Part shown: positions 36,186-44,629 of the stretch, in pieces | How positions within the stretch are numbered: position 1 is the stretch's first letter | Layout: the number at the start of each line of letters is the position of its first letter | Translations under genes and position numbers: made by a program | Notes under the pieces: generated by a model | What the model saw: the letters and a program-made list of their open reading frames with translations, nothing else | Told to the model about the DNA's origin: nothing | Database searches by the model: none | Virus record (IMG/VR): IMGVR_UViG_3300047444_000069 | Coordinates: 1-64,000 of that record | DNA: 64,000 nucleotides | Reading direction: 5' to 3' (one strand) | Origin: a virus | Lineage: Duplodnaviria > Heunggongvirae > Uroviricota > Caudoviricetes

Positions 36186-36556
36186 CATCACGTCGCGTCA
36201 CTGAAGCTTTCCCACTGACCGAAGCCGATGTTGGTAAGTTCATCAACAGCGATTCAATGTGGAACTTCGGCATCTGCCATAGGCCCGCTGAAGTGGTCAA
36301 GGTTGCGAAGTCGCGCGTCTACATCCGTGAAGCGGAAGCCGACCGTTGGGACGATGAAATCAAGGAATGGACCCTGAAGCCCGGAACGCGAGAGTCGTCC
36401 TATGTGATGATGAAGTCGGTCAAGTTCGTCTCCGACACGTTTGTAGAAGCCGACCTGTTGTATCAAATTTCCCGTAACTGTGTGAAAGACACGAACGACG
36501 CAATTTCGGCAACTGCCGAAAAATACAGCAAACTTGTCGGAAACATGTTGACATGA
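36182..36556 (+). CDS. hypothetical protein
   Basis: 124 aa, ATGA coupling. Confidence 0.45.
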   Translation: MTSRRVTEAFPLTEADVGKFINSDSMWNFGICHRPAEVVKVAKSRVYIREAEADRWDDEIKEWTLKPGTRESSYVMMKSVKFVSDTFVEADLLYQISRNCVKDTNDAISATAEKYSKLVGNMLT

Positions 36557-36576
36557 ATTCCCAAGTTCGGTAGAAT
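36548..36576 (+). promoter_or_regulatory. early promoter TTGACA-17-TAGAAT
   Basis: 'TTGACAtgaATTCCCAAgttCGGTAGAAT'; -35 overlaps end of upstream gene. Confidence 0.6.
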
Positions 36577-36614
36577 TCTTCATATCGAATTAACAACCCC
36601 ATAGGAGTTAGACT

Positions 36615-36860
36615 ATGACGACATTCGCAAACTGGTTTAAGACCTTCAACGAAGAAAAGGGCATCGACCCCGAGACGAACATCGAAGTCGAAGGTCCGAG
36701 TGGCACGAACTTCATGACGCTGGAAAACGTCTTCGAAGCGATCCTCGCCACGTCCCCGGCTGAACAAGCTGGTATCAAGGCGATGATCGTCAAGATCGAC
36801 TTCGCGAACGGCAACGTGGTCGATTACTACAAGCATCTCGCCAAGGCCATCGCACAATGA
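36615..36860 (+). CDS. hypothetical small protein
   Basis: 81 aa; SD GGAG. Confidence 0.5.
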   Translation: MTTFANWFKTFNEEKGIDPETNIEVEGPSGTNFMTLENVFEAILATSPAEQAGIKAMIVKIDFANGNVVDYYKHLAKAIAQ

Positions 36861-37048
36861 GCGCGCTGATCGACGGTTGCATCCCGCCACACACTGAATG
36901 TCCGTTTCGAACTCAGTGTGCTTTCGCAGAAAAGAATACGTGTCCTCACGGTGGCACGGAACACCGGGTCGCTTTCTCATGCGGCTCGGCCCGGGGGTTT
37001 CAGTTGATCGAGAACATCAAGAACAATGACAAGAAAGATTCTCGCTGA
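36857..37048 (+). CDS. small Cys-rich protein (possible zinc binding)
   Basis: 63 aa; CxxxxxC...C..C...C pattern. Confidence 0.4.
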   Translation: MSALIDGCIPPHTECPFRTQCAFAEKNTCPHGGTEHRVAFSCGSARGFQLIENIKNNDKKDSR

Positions 37049-37217
37049 GAAGAACGGGTGGATTTCGATCATCGATATTGAGAAATCCACCCGATCATAT
37101 CTCGTTGTACGGTATGTGATGGCAACCAAACCCCGCAAGGTATTCATCGCGGAACAAGGCAGAGAGTGGGACTTGTTCGATAACGTCGAAGAAGCAATCC
37201 GCTGGATCAAAGAATAG
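37026..37217 (+). CDS. hypothetical small protein
   Basis: 63 aa. Confidence 0.35.
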   Translation: MTRKILAEKNGWISIIDIEKSTRSYLVVRYVMATKPRKVFIAEQGREWDLFDNVEEAIRWIKE

Positions 37218-37242
37218 TCAACTAAATGAAGTAGAAAACAAC

Positions 37243-38322
37243 ATGAAAAAATTACTGGTTGGTATTTTGTTGTCCTTAGTAACTGTGATCGCATTTGCGT
37301 TGCCGAACCCGCGTCAGATCGAAGATGCATTGGCCGCTGGTCGCTACAACGATGCACAGTCGATGGTGGCGCAAGTCCTCAACGAACGTCCCGATTCGGC
37401 GCGTGCGCACCTGTTGAACGCGTATCTACTGATCCATGTCCAGCACGACAAGACGGCGGCAAACGCTGAACTCAACACGGCTTCTGGTCTGGACCGCAAC
37501 GGCGATGTGAAGAACAGTCCTCTGTTTGGTCGCGTGGTAGGCGAAATCGACACGTACAAGGCCGCTGCGCCGCCCACACGACAGCGGACATACGAACAGA
37601 CCCCGGTCGTCTCGAAAGCCGCCGTATCGCCTGTGGCGTCACCTGTGGTGCAGTCTGAACCCGAGAAAAGTGGTGGTTATGGTTTCGTGATCTTCGTTGT
37701 TCTGTTGGTAGCAGTTTGTATCGGCGTGATTGCCTACCTGTTCATCCGTGGTGTAGACGAGCGGCGCAAGCTGGAATCCTCTTATACGCCGTACACGACA
37801 TCCGGTAGTCGCCAGTTGACCCGGACGCGCAGTGGTGGAACCTACAACGCACCGTACAACCCGCCGCCTGTGCCGCTCGATCCGTATCCGGGTGCAATGT
37901 CGGTTCAGCACTTTCCGGCCCCGGTTCAGGTTGTACAGCAAGCCCCGCAACAATCGTTCGGAAGTCAAGTCGCAGCAACCGCAACCGGTGTCGTCGCTGG
38001 TGAACTGATTCACGACGCCCTGACTAGCAGCAAGCATCATTCCCGGACTTGGGAAGAACCGGTTCGAGAACGCGAAGTTGTTCGTGACCCGGATCAGGGT
38101 TCTTCGCGCAGTTCGTCGTCGCGTGACGAATCCCCGGTGTCGTATAGCAACGAGCGTTCCTCGTTCTCGTCGGGGTCAGATGATAGCTGGTCGTCGCGTA
38201 GTTCCGACAGTTCTTCGTCGTCCTCGTGGGACAGTGGTTCCAGCAGTAGCAGCAGTTCGTGGGATTCCGGTTCCTCGTCGTCGTGGGATTCGGGCAGCAG
38301 TTCGAGTAGTTCCGACTGGTAA
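37243..38322 (+). CDS. membrane protein with signal peptide, TPR-like segment, TM helix and Ser/Trp/Asp repeat tail
   Basis: 'MKKLLVGILLSLVTVIAFA'; TM 'GYGFVIFVVLLVAVCIGVIAYLFI'; C-terminal 'SWDSGSSSS' repeats. Confidence 0.55.
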   Translation: MKKLLVGILLSLVTVIAFALPNPRQIEDALAAGRYNDAQSMVAQVLNERPDSARAHLLNAYLLIHVQHDKTAANAELNTASGLDRNGDVKNSPLFGRVVGEIDTYKAAAPPTRQRTYEQTPVVSKAAVSPVASPVVQSEPEKSGGYGFVIFVVLLVAVCIGVIAYLFIRGVDERRKLESSYTPYTTSGSRQLTRTRSGGTYNAPYNPPPVPLDPYPGAMSVQHFPAPVQVVQQAPQQSFGSQVAATATGVVAGELIHDALTSSKHHSRTWEEPVREREVVRDPDQGSSRSSSSRDESPVSYSNERSSFSSGSDDSWSSRSSDSSSSSSWDSGSSSSSSSWDSGSSSSWDSGSSSSSSDW

Positions 38323-38361
38323 GCATCCACTGTATTTCTTTCACAAACTTGTAATTACTCG

Positions 38362-38390
38362 TTGACATAGACCGGCATTGAGCGTACAAT
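38362..38390 (+). promoter_or_regulatory. sigma70-like promoter TTGACA-17-TACAAT
   Basis: -35/-10 match, spacer lacks CCCAAAC core. Confidence 0.5.
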
Positions 38391-38435
38391 TCTTTGTGTC
38401 GGTTCTGAAACAAAAACACCTTTGGGAGTTTCATC

Positions 38436-38693
38436 ATGCAGTTCAGGACGACCGATGTTCATGGCATTTTCGTTTATGACATGTCCGACAGTGTTTGTTG
38501 GTCCGAGAAGGTGACCGACTACTACAACAAGGGAGACGTGATCGACGTTGACTTTGAAGTGGTGATCGAGACGCACTTCACCGCTGATTTTCTGGGCGGC
38601 AAGCTGGTTGCAGTAGATGAAGAAGCGAAGGCATGGGCGGCACCTTTGTTAGAAATGATGAAGTCGCCCGAGGAAGTAGAAGAAGTACGGTAA
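38436..38693 (+). CDS. hypothetical small protein
   Basis: 85 aa; SD GGGAG. Confidence 0.5.
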   Translation: MQFRTTDVHGIFVYDMSDSVCWSEKVTDYYNKGDVIDVDFEVVIETHFTADFLGGKLVAVDEEAKAWAAPLLEMMKSPEEVEEVR

Positions 38694-38750
38694 ACACATA
38701 ATCGTGGTGTTTTGGAAACACCCTCAACCACGAAGCGAAGGCGACCATAT

Positions 38751-39113
38751 ATGACTCAAATCACGTTTCAGCACCAACTCAGCAATCATGACATCATCGA
38801 TGTTTGTAATGGTTGCGACAAACTTGATGTACAATACAAACTCGATGAAGTTGAACAGAAACGCGTGGTCGCGGAGCAAGAACACAACACCATCATCAGC
38901 GAAGCGAAGGACCGTGGCTTCGTCGTCTTGACGCGCGAAGAAGCGGAAGAAATGAAAGACGACATCGAAGCGGGTGAATGTCTGGTCCAGATGATGGAAG
39001 AAGCGGCAAGTCTCTGGGAAACCAACCCGGAAGAAGCGGCCAAGAAGATGACGCACATCATGTTCCTGACGACCGGCAAGAAGCTTCAATTCGCTGGTGC
39101 AATCGCAGCATAA
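38751..39113 (+). CDS. hypothetical acidic protein
   Basis: 120 aa from 'MTQITFQHQ'. Confidence 0.45.
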   Translation: MTQITFQHQLSNHDIIDVCNGCDKLDVQYKLDEVEQKRVVAEQEHNTIISEAKDRGFVVLTREEAEEMKDDIEAGECLVQMMEEAASLWETNPEEAAKKMTHIMFLTTGKKLQFAGAIAA

Positions 39114-39140
39114 TCAACAACAGAAGTAGAGAACTAGAAA

Positions 39141-39443
39141 GTGTCGAATAACCTGATTAACAGTCCTGAAGCAAAGAAGCGTTTCAACAACAAGCTGTCG
39201 GAAATCTCGGCGTCCTTTACCCGCGTTGAAGCTGAACGCGATCTGGTGAAGACCATCGTGTCCGACCTCGCTGAAGAATTCCAGATCGACAAGAAGATCG
39301 TCAATCTGCTGGCCCGCACGTATCACAAGTCGGACTTCAAAGAGAAGGTCGCAGAGAAGACCGAATTCGAAATCATCTACGAAACCATTACGGGTGAAAG
39401 CCCGGAAGCCGGTGATTCGTATAACGGCGAAGATGGTGAGTGA
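39141..39443 (+). CDS. hypothetical protein (GTG start)
   Basis: 100 aa, helical, acidic tail. Confidence 0.4.
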   Translation: MSNNLINSPEAKKRFNNKLSEISASFTRVEAERDLVKTIVSDLAEEFQIDKKIVNLLARTYHKSDFKEKVAEKTEFEIIYETITGESPEAGDSYNGEDGE

Positions 39444-39444
39444 G

Positions 39445-39696
39445 ATGACGAAGTACGCAACTGCACAAGAAGCAAATAAGGCAATCGCAGATAAGCTGGC
39501 GCAAGCGCAACAGTTGTTCCGCGAATGTGCCGCGATTGCCGAAGAAGCAAATGTCGAAGTACACACGGACATTCTTGGCCTCTGGGGAACGGGTGTGACA
39601 TACATCCCGAAGTCCGAACGCGAGGAATGGGGTGAAGAAACCCAAGAACGTCTTGAAGAAGATGGCGGATGGATGGCATCCGCATCAAGCTGCTAA
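39445..39696 (+). CDS. C-terminal-Cys family paralog B (ends GGWMASASSC)
   Basis: 83 aa; N-terminal 'AIADKLAQAQQL..ECAAIAEEANVEVH' helix shared with paralog at 41816. Confidence 0.55.
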   Translation: MTKYATAQEANKAIADKLAQAQQLFRECAAIAEEANVEVHTDILGLWGTGVTYIPKSEREEWGEETQERLEEDGGWMASASSC

Positions 39697-39727
39697 AACC
39701 ACACGAAACAAACTGAGAACGACCAAC

Positions 39728-40078
39728 ATGCAACTTACTCGCGACGAAGCACAAATCTTCCTGAACATGATCGACGGCAACGCAACGGTTCCCGACAGTT
39801 CGATGCCGATCCTCGACAAGATTTACAAGGCGTACCCGGACATCCTTCGTGGTACGAAGTACATCAAGCTGCTTAACGAGTGGCAAGCCAATCGCGAGAA
39901 AGTGAAGAAGTCGGCAATGGCACAGATCAGCGAACTGCTGGCCTCGGCCAAGGCAAGCGTCACGGAAGCCGCGCGTATCGCAAAGGCTGCTGGTGTCGGC
40001 TTCGATCTGTCCATCGGTGATCCCGATTATGGTTGCTACTTCGACCCGGTTGAAGGTTGGTCGTCCTCGAACTGCTGA
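39728..40078 (+). CDS. C-terminal-Cys family paralog C (ends EGWSSSNC)
   Basis: 116 aa; 'AKAAGVGFDLSIGDPDYGCYFDP' core. Confidence 0.5.
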   Translation: MQLTRDEAQIFLNMIDGNATVPDSSMPILDKIYKAYPDILRGTKYIKLLNEWQANREKVKKSAMAQISELLASAKASVTEAARIAKAAGVGFDLSIGDPDYGCYFDPVEGWSSSNC

Positions 40079-40086
40079 GAACATTC

Positions 40087-40320
40087 ATGACGCAAATCAC
40101 ACAAGAACAGAAGGCCGAAGCTTCGCGCCTGATCGCAGAGCAAGTCGCTATCGCAGAAGAAGCACTCGCGAAGGCCGAACAGTTGGCGAAGGAAGCGCGA
40201 GTTGGCTTCGAATTCACGTTCGACGGCATCACTGGTTCGTATTACACATATCGCCCGTATGGAAAGACCGACGCGCCGGTTGAAGGTTACTACGATGGTT
40301 GGCAAGGGTCGTCCTGCTGA
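40087..40320 (+). CDS. C-terminal-Cys family paralog D (ends DGWQGSSC)
   Basis: 77 aa; 'AKEARVGFEFTFDGITGSYYTYRP'. Confidence 0.55.
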   Translation: MTQITQEQKAEASRLIAEQVAIAEEALAKAEQLAKEARVGFEFTFDGITGSYYTYRPYGKTDAPVEGYYDGWQGSSC

Positions 40321-40631
40321 TGGACAAGCAATTCCTCGCAGAGCGCAAGAAAGCCGTTAAGGAAATTGCGCGACTGACGGCACTTCAGAAGCAATGCATC
40401 GAAAGCATCGAAGAACTGGCTGACCAGTACGGCATCCGCGTTGAACTGGACCTTCCGGCAACGGGTTACAACGGCGACGTGTGGTATGTGCCGAACCTGC
40501 CAGAAGAACTTCGAGAGAAGATTGACGCCGGTGAAGATGTTGACCTGTCGGGCACGGAATGGGAAGAATCCGCCGAATTCGATTCTTACGGCGAACAACA
40601 CGGCTGGAAGAACAGTTCGTCATACTGCTGA
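40320..40631 (+). CDS. C-terminal-Cys family paralog E (ends HGWKNSSSYC)
   Basis: 103 aa; 'YGIRVELDLPATGYNGDVWYVP'; start overlaps upstream stop. Confidence 0.55.
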   Translation: MDKQFLAERKKAVKEIARLTALQKQCIESIEELADQYGIRVELDLPATGYNGDVWYVPNLPEELREKIDAGEDVDLSGTEWEESAEFDSYGEQHGWKNSSSYC

Positions 40632-40634
40632 ACC

Positions 40635-40877
40635 ATGACAGACAAGATGACACAAGAAGAAGCCGCGAAGTTCGTATCGGCTTTGGCTGAAAGTATTCGC
40701 ACGACGCTTCGGACCATCGTTCAAGTTGCAGACGAACATGATCTGGATGTGAAGTTGCTGGATGAATTTGACAATTACCTTCGTTACTACGGTCGCACAT
40801 GGACCGAAGAAGATACCGATGGCGGAATCGAGTACGTTCGAACCGGTGACGGCGGATGGTATAGTTCACACTGCTGA
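40635..40877 (+). CDS. C-terminal-Cys family paralog F (ends GGWYSSHC)
   Basis: 80 aa. Confidence 0.5.
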   Translation: MTDKMTQEEAAKFVSALAESIRTTLRTIVQVADEHDLDVKLLDEFDNYLRYYGRTWTEEDTDGGIEYVRTGDGGWYSSHC

Positions 40878-40889
40878 GTAAAAACAAAC

Positions 40890-41819
40890 ATGATTATCAT
40901 TGGTTCGAAAGCACTGGTAGCACGCGGCATTCAAACGGGTCGCAAGTCGTTCGACATCGACGTGGTAGGCGAGTATGACGAAATCGTTGACTATGCGAAG
41001 AAGTATCACGGCAACATTCGCGCATGTTACCCGATTGATGAAGGCAAGAAGCTGGTAGTGAAGACGGACCGGACGATCATCGAAGGTGAAATCACATGGG
41101 AAGGATCGAGCGCAGCGGCCCTGCGTGATCTGATCCTTACCGACCCCCAGACGATCCATGCGCGTGACTTTGTAGGCCATCGTTTCGCGTCCCTTGACGT
41201 GCTGTACATGCTGAAGATGTCGCACCGCTATCTGAAGGATTCGCCTCACTTCCTGAAGACGATGAAAGACATCCAGTTGATGCGTTCGAAGGGTGCAACG
41301 ATCCGCCCGGAACACGAAGCGTTCTATCAACAACGGATGAAGGACACCTACGTCTATAAGCATCCGAAGCTGGATCAGTCGAAGAAAGACTTCTTCAATG
41401 GCGATGGCGTGAAGTACGTCTATGATCATGACAGCATCCATGAAGCAGTGAAGCATCTGATCAAACCGGCCTACACGTTCTACAAGCCCGACGAGAACGA
41501 AGTGAACTGTTCGAAAGACATGTTCTACGCAGTCCCGAAGATCATCCGGCTGTATGGTGGTCTGGAAGAAATATATGTACTTGCCTTAGAGAGAAGTCAG
41601 ATTCCGTTCGGTGATCTGTGGTCCCCGAAGAAGTCGTTCGACATGGCGCTGATGAAGGTCTGTACGTCGATCACATCGGGCTGGTTCCGCGAGTTCTGTT
41701 GGGAGCATTACGACGAGATTCAATCGCTTTACGACCCGGAATATGTTGAGAAGTTTTGGGCGAAGGCAATGGCGGGCGAAGTGAAGCCCTACAATATCGA
41801 AGAAGACGTTTACGCATGA
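40890..41819 (+). CDS. Pol-beta-superfamily nucleotidyltransferase-fold protein
   Basis: N-terminal 'IIGSKALVARGIQTGRKSFDIDVVG' = hG[GS]x9-13Dh[DE]h NTase signature; 309 aa; embedded in the paralog array. Confidence 0.5.
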   Translation: MIIIGSKALVARGIQTGRKSFDIDVVGEYDEIVDYAKKYHGNIRACYPIDEGKKLVVKTDRTIIEGEITWEGSSAAALRDLILTDPQTIHARDFVGHRFASLDVLYMLKMSHRYLKDSPHFLKTMKDIQLMRSKGATIRPEHEAFYQQRMKDTYVYKHPKLDQSKKDFFNGDGVKYVYDHDSIHEAVKHLIKPAYTFYKPDENEVNCSKDMFYAVPKIIRLYGGLEEIYVLALERSQIPFGDLWSPKKSFDMALMKVCTSITSGWFREFCWEHYDEIQSLYDPEYVEKFWAKAMAGEVKPYNIEEDVYA

Positions 41820-42076
41820 TCAAGAAAGATAAAGAATTGGTTTCAAAGGCAATCGCGGCAAAGCTGGCGCAAGCTGATGTACTGTTGGCCGAATGCGTGA
41901 TGCTGGCCGAAGAAAGCGGTGTATGTTTCGAACTTCCGTGGGGCGGTGAAGGCACACAGCAACGCGGCATGGGGGCTGGTTACGTCCCGACAACCGCAAG
42001 CGAACGCGACAAAGAGTGGAACATCACGAACTACGATGATTCCACTGGTTGGCAACCGTCTGCGGGAATCTGCTAA
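41816..42076 (+). CDS. C-terminal-Cys family paralog G (ends TGWQPSAGIC)
   Basis: 86 aa; 'AIAAKLAQADVLLAECVMLAEESGVCFEL'; ATGA-coupled to NTase gene. Confidence 0.55.
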   Translation: MIKKDKELVSKAIAAKLAQADVLLAECVMLAEESGVCFELPWGGEGTQQRGMGAGYVPTTASERDKEWNITNYDDSTGWQPSAGIC

Positions 42077-42082
42077 AAGTAG

Positions 42083-42115
42083 TTGACAAAGGTGGGGATT
42101 CTCGTTAGAATCCCC
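42083..42115 (+). promoter_or_regulatory. early promoter TTGACA-17-TAGAAT with 9-bp IR across -10
   Basis: GGGGATTCT 42094-42102 / AGAATCCCC 42107-42115. Confidence 0.6.
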
Positions 42116-42143
42116 ATTGTCGCTTCTATAGGGAGAGAAACAC

Positions 42144-42272
42144 ATGGACCGCTTCTATGACTTCATGATCAGCAACACAGCATGGAACCTTCCGGTATGG
42201 GCGGCAGTTGCCCTGATGGTCGTCCTCGCGATCCTTCGCGCGTTCTGGAACGTCATTCACTGGTTCGCCTGA
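42144..42272 (+). CDS. 42-aa single-TM peptide
   Basis: SD GGGAGAG; 'WNLPVWAAVALMVVLAILRAFW'. Confidence 0.4.
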   Translation: MDRFYDFMISNTAWNLPVWAAVALMVVLAILRAFWNVIHWFA

Positions 42273-42274
42273 TC

Positions 42275-42481
42275 ATGCGAGTGACCCTCAACAAGATCAA
42301 CGCGGCAATCAAGGCCGCTGGCGGCGAAGACGAACTGGTCCGTGGTAATGGCTACTTCTACTTCGTTGGTGAAGACACCCCGAAGTGGCATCAGGCAAGC
42401 GTCTACACAATGTTCCTGAGTGACTTCACCGTGGAAGAATGGGTTGATATGTGGCGATCCATGAGTGGAAAAGCTAAATAG
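42275..42481 (+). CDS. hypothetical small protein
   Basis: 68 aa from 'MRVTLNK'. Confidence 0.45.
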   Translation: MRVTLNKINAAIKAAGGEDELVRGNGYFYFVGEDTPKWHQASVYTMFLSDFTVEEWVDMWRSMSGKAK

Positions 42482-42542
42482 TATGTGTCCTTTGGGATAC
42501 ACAAATAACCAATTCCAACGATACTGTAGCCCATAGGACACC

Positions 42543-43421
42543 ATGAAGACCTTCCATCAACTACGCCGGTACTTGAATGACCTTCCCCTGATCAGCGAAG
42601 AACTGCATCAGTCGATCACCAACGTTCTCGATTCGGAACACATCAAGCCCGAGCACAAGCTGAACCACGTTTCGTCGGCAATCCGCACGGCTATCAAGAA
42701 CGGCGAAGATCATGGTCTGGAAGATGCGAAGCCGAAGAAGGGTTCCAGTCGTGCCGTGTTCTTCCCGAAAGACCCGCACAAACTGAAGATCGATGGCGTC
42801 GATACGCACATGCCTACGGCCCTGAAGGTCGCGTTCCCCGGCCAATTGGACAAGTATAAGCATCATGACGAACCGTTGCTTGGAGAGGAACAGAACCGCG
42901 TAGAAGGCGATCATTGGACCAATCAACAGTATGGCGTCCTACGTCACGGTGATCGGTCTGGCGAGTACCATACGAACGAGCACGGCTTCCTTGCGCCGAT
43001 GCTGCACGCCCATGATGAAGGGCATCACATCCACTTCGGTAAGATCGAACCAATCAAGGCCGGTGACTTCCAGAAGCACACGAAAGCGCCCGGATTCGAG
43101 AAGGGTATCAGCCATCAGGAAATGTTCGACTACCTGAACCATCATCACGCAGAGGCACACGGACAGTCCTATACGGGCAAGACTTCGCCCGAGCGCATCG
43201 AGAAGCTTGACGATCACCCGATCCTCAACAACATGCACGGATGGATGGGTAACACTGGCGCACATCCCGCCGATCTAAACAAGCGGAACATGGGCATCTG
43301 GACGCATCCGGTGACGGGAAACAAACACATCGTGGTCAGCGACTACGGCTACACAGGTGATGTCGCCAAGCAGTACATGCAGCGACGACAGCGAGCAAGC
43401 AAAGCAATGCGGGGTTGGTAA
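42543..43421 (+). CDS. His-rich protein (family member 2)
   Basis: 292 aa, ~12% His incl. 'HAHDEGHHIHFG', 'NHHHAEAHG'; CTAAATAG 62 nt upstream. Confidence 0.6.
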   Translation: MKTFHQLRRYLNDLPLISEELHQSITNVLDSEHIKPEHKLNHVSSAIRTAIKNGEDHGLEDAKPKKGSSRAVFFPKDPHKLKIDGVDTHMPTALKVAFPGQLDKYKHHDEPLLGEEQNRVEGDHWTNQQYGVLRHGDRSGEYHTNEHGFLAPMLHAHDEGHHIHFGKIEPIKAGDFQKHTKAPGFEKGISHQEMFDYLNHHHAEAHGQSYTGKTSPERIEKLDDHPILNNMHGWMGNTGAHPADLNKRNMGIWTHPVTGNKHIVVSDYGYTGDVAKQYMQRRQRASKAMRGW

Positions 43422-43445
43422 AGAGAAGGATGGGATGGTTAAGAG

Positions 43446-43474
43446 AAGGCCGGTCGAAAGATCGGCCTTTTTGC
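43446..43474 (+). terminator. rho-independent terminator
   Basis: GGCCGGTC-gaaa-GATCGGCC + TTTTTG. Confidence 0.7.
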
Positions 43475-43484
43475 ATTCTGGTGC

Positions 43485-43513
43485 TTGACAATGTATTCCC
43501 AAGTCTGTATATT
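43485..43513 (+). promoter_or_regulatory. early promoter cassette TTGACA-17-TATATT
   Basis: 'TTGACAatgtATTCCCAAgtCTGTATATTtcttccatcgacaacgcatttGGGAG'. Confidence 0.6.
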
Positions 43514-43547
43514 TCTTCCATCGACAACGCATTTGGGAGAGCAAGAC

Positions 43548-43742
43548 ATGAACTACATCAAACGTCTCGAAGCTGATCTGAAAGCCGCGCAAGACAAGCT
43601 GGCCGCGATGGAAGAAGAAATCCAATCCTTCCGCAAGCACCTTCAGTCCTCGAAGTTCGTAAACACGGAAACCGAACGCAACGACTGGATCGCGGTAGCA
43701 GACGTGCAACGTCATCTGGACAACATCAAGAACGCAGAGTAG
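43548..43742 (+). CDS. hypothetical small coiled-coil protein
   Basis: 64 aa from 'MNYIKRLEAD'. Confidence 0.45.
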   Translation: MNYIKRLEADLKAAQDKLAAMEEEIQSFRKHLQSSKFVNTETERNDWIAVADVQRHLDNIKNAE

Positions 43743-43750
43743 GAGGATGT

Positions 43751-43915
43751 ATGCAAGCAACTTTCAAGGTCCGTGACAATCAGGTGTTGGTGTCGTTCAA
43801 CAGTCCCCTGTGGATTCAGGCGACGTTCGACTTCACGGACCAGACCACGTTCGCTATCGCGATGATGCAAGCTGCACAGTTCGTCGCGAATCACGCCAAA
43901 TTCAAGCAAGCTTAG
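43751..43915 (+). CDS. hypothetical small protein (54 aa)
   Basis: strong SD TAGGAGGA; not in ORF track. Confidence 0.45.
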   Translation: MQATFKVRDNQVLVSFNSPLWIQATFDFTDQTTFAIAMMQAAQFVANHAKFKQA

Positions 43916-43926
43916 GAGTTTCAGAC

Positions 43927-44250
43927 ATGGCCCAACTTCTCACCGACAATCGCATTGGCAAGGCACACGCCTTCTACTTGGTCCTGAAGCTGAAGGCGGG
44001 TCACTACCGCATCGACAAGCCGACAAGCCCTGAAGCGGTCGGTGAAATCTACAAGCGGGACAACGACTGGTACGGTGAAATCACGCTCGATGGCATGTTC
44101 TTCAATTCGTGCGGCACTGGCCTGAAGGACGTGATCTACGAACTGGAACACAGCATCGTGCGCAACGGCCAAGGCAAGAACATGGTGATCTACCAGAAGG
44201 ACGCCGAAGCCCTGACCGCGAACTTATTGAAGCGTCTCAGAAAGGGTTGA
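43927..44250 (+). CDS. hypothetical protein
   Basis: 107 aa; SD AGGAG. Confidence 0.5.
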   Translation: MAQLLTDNRIGKAHAFYLVLKLKAGHYRIDKPTSPEAVGEIYKRDNDWYGEITLDGMFFNSCGTGLKDVIYELEHSIVRNGQGKNMVIYQKDAEALTANLLKRLRKG

Positions 44251-44274
44251 CAAGCATTCCCAAACCTGTATAAT
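44247..44274 (+). promoter_or_regulatory. early promoter cassette TTGACA-16-TATAAT
   Basis: 'TTGACAagcATTCCCAAACCTGTATAATtcttttcatcaacaacGGAcatGAGG'. Confidence 0.65.
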
Positions 44275-44307
44275 TCTTTTCATCAACAACGGACATGAGG
44301 CACGACG

Positions 44308-44562
44308 ATGACCAATAAGACCAACGAGAAGATCGACTACGCCGCGCAACTGGCCTTGTTTTTGCTGAAGGAAACCGGATCGGTTTGTGGCAAGTGGCGG
44401 GGTCGGATGAATGCGGCCGAACAACGGGCGCTCTACGGACGGTTCATCGGACGTGGCGTGATCATGATCGACGGCACGGAGGAAACCATCCACCAACGGG
44501 TCAAGGTCTGTTTCGGGGCCGATTGGGACGACCGGAACTACGTGGACTGGAAAGACCTTTGA
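44308..44562 (+). CDS. hypothetical small protein
   Basis: 84 aa. Confidence 0.5.
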   Translation: MTNKTNEKIDYAAQLALFLLKETGSVCGKWRGRMNAAEQRALYGRFIGRGVIMIDGTEETIHQRVKVCFGADWDDRNYVDWKDL

Positions 44563-44629
44563 GCGGATGTACGATCTGATACAATCAGACGATAGAATTT
44601 ACATACCTTATTACATCATGGAGTCGCAT

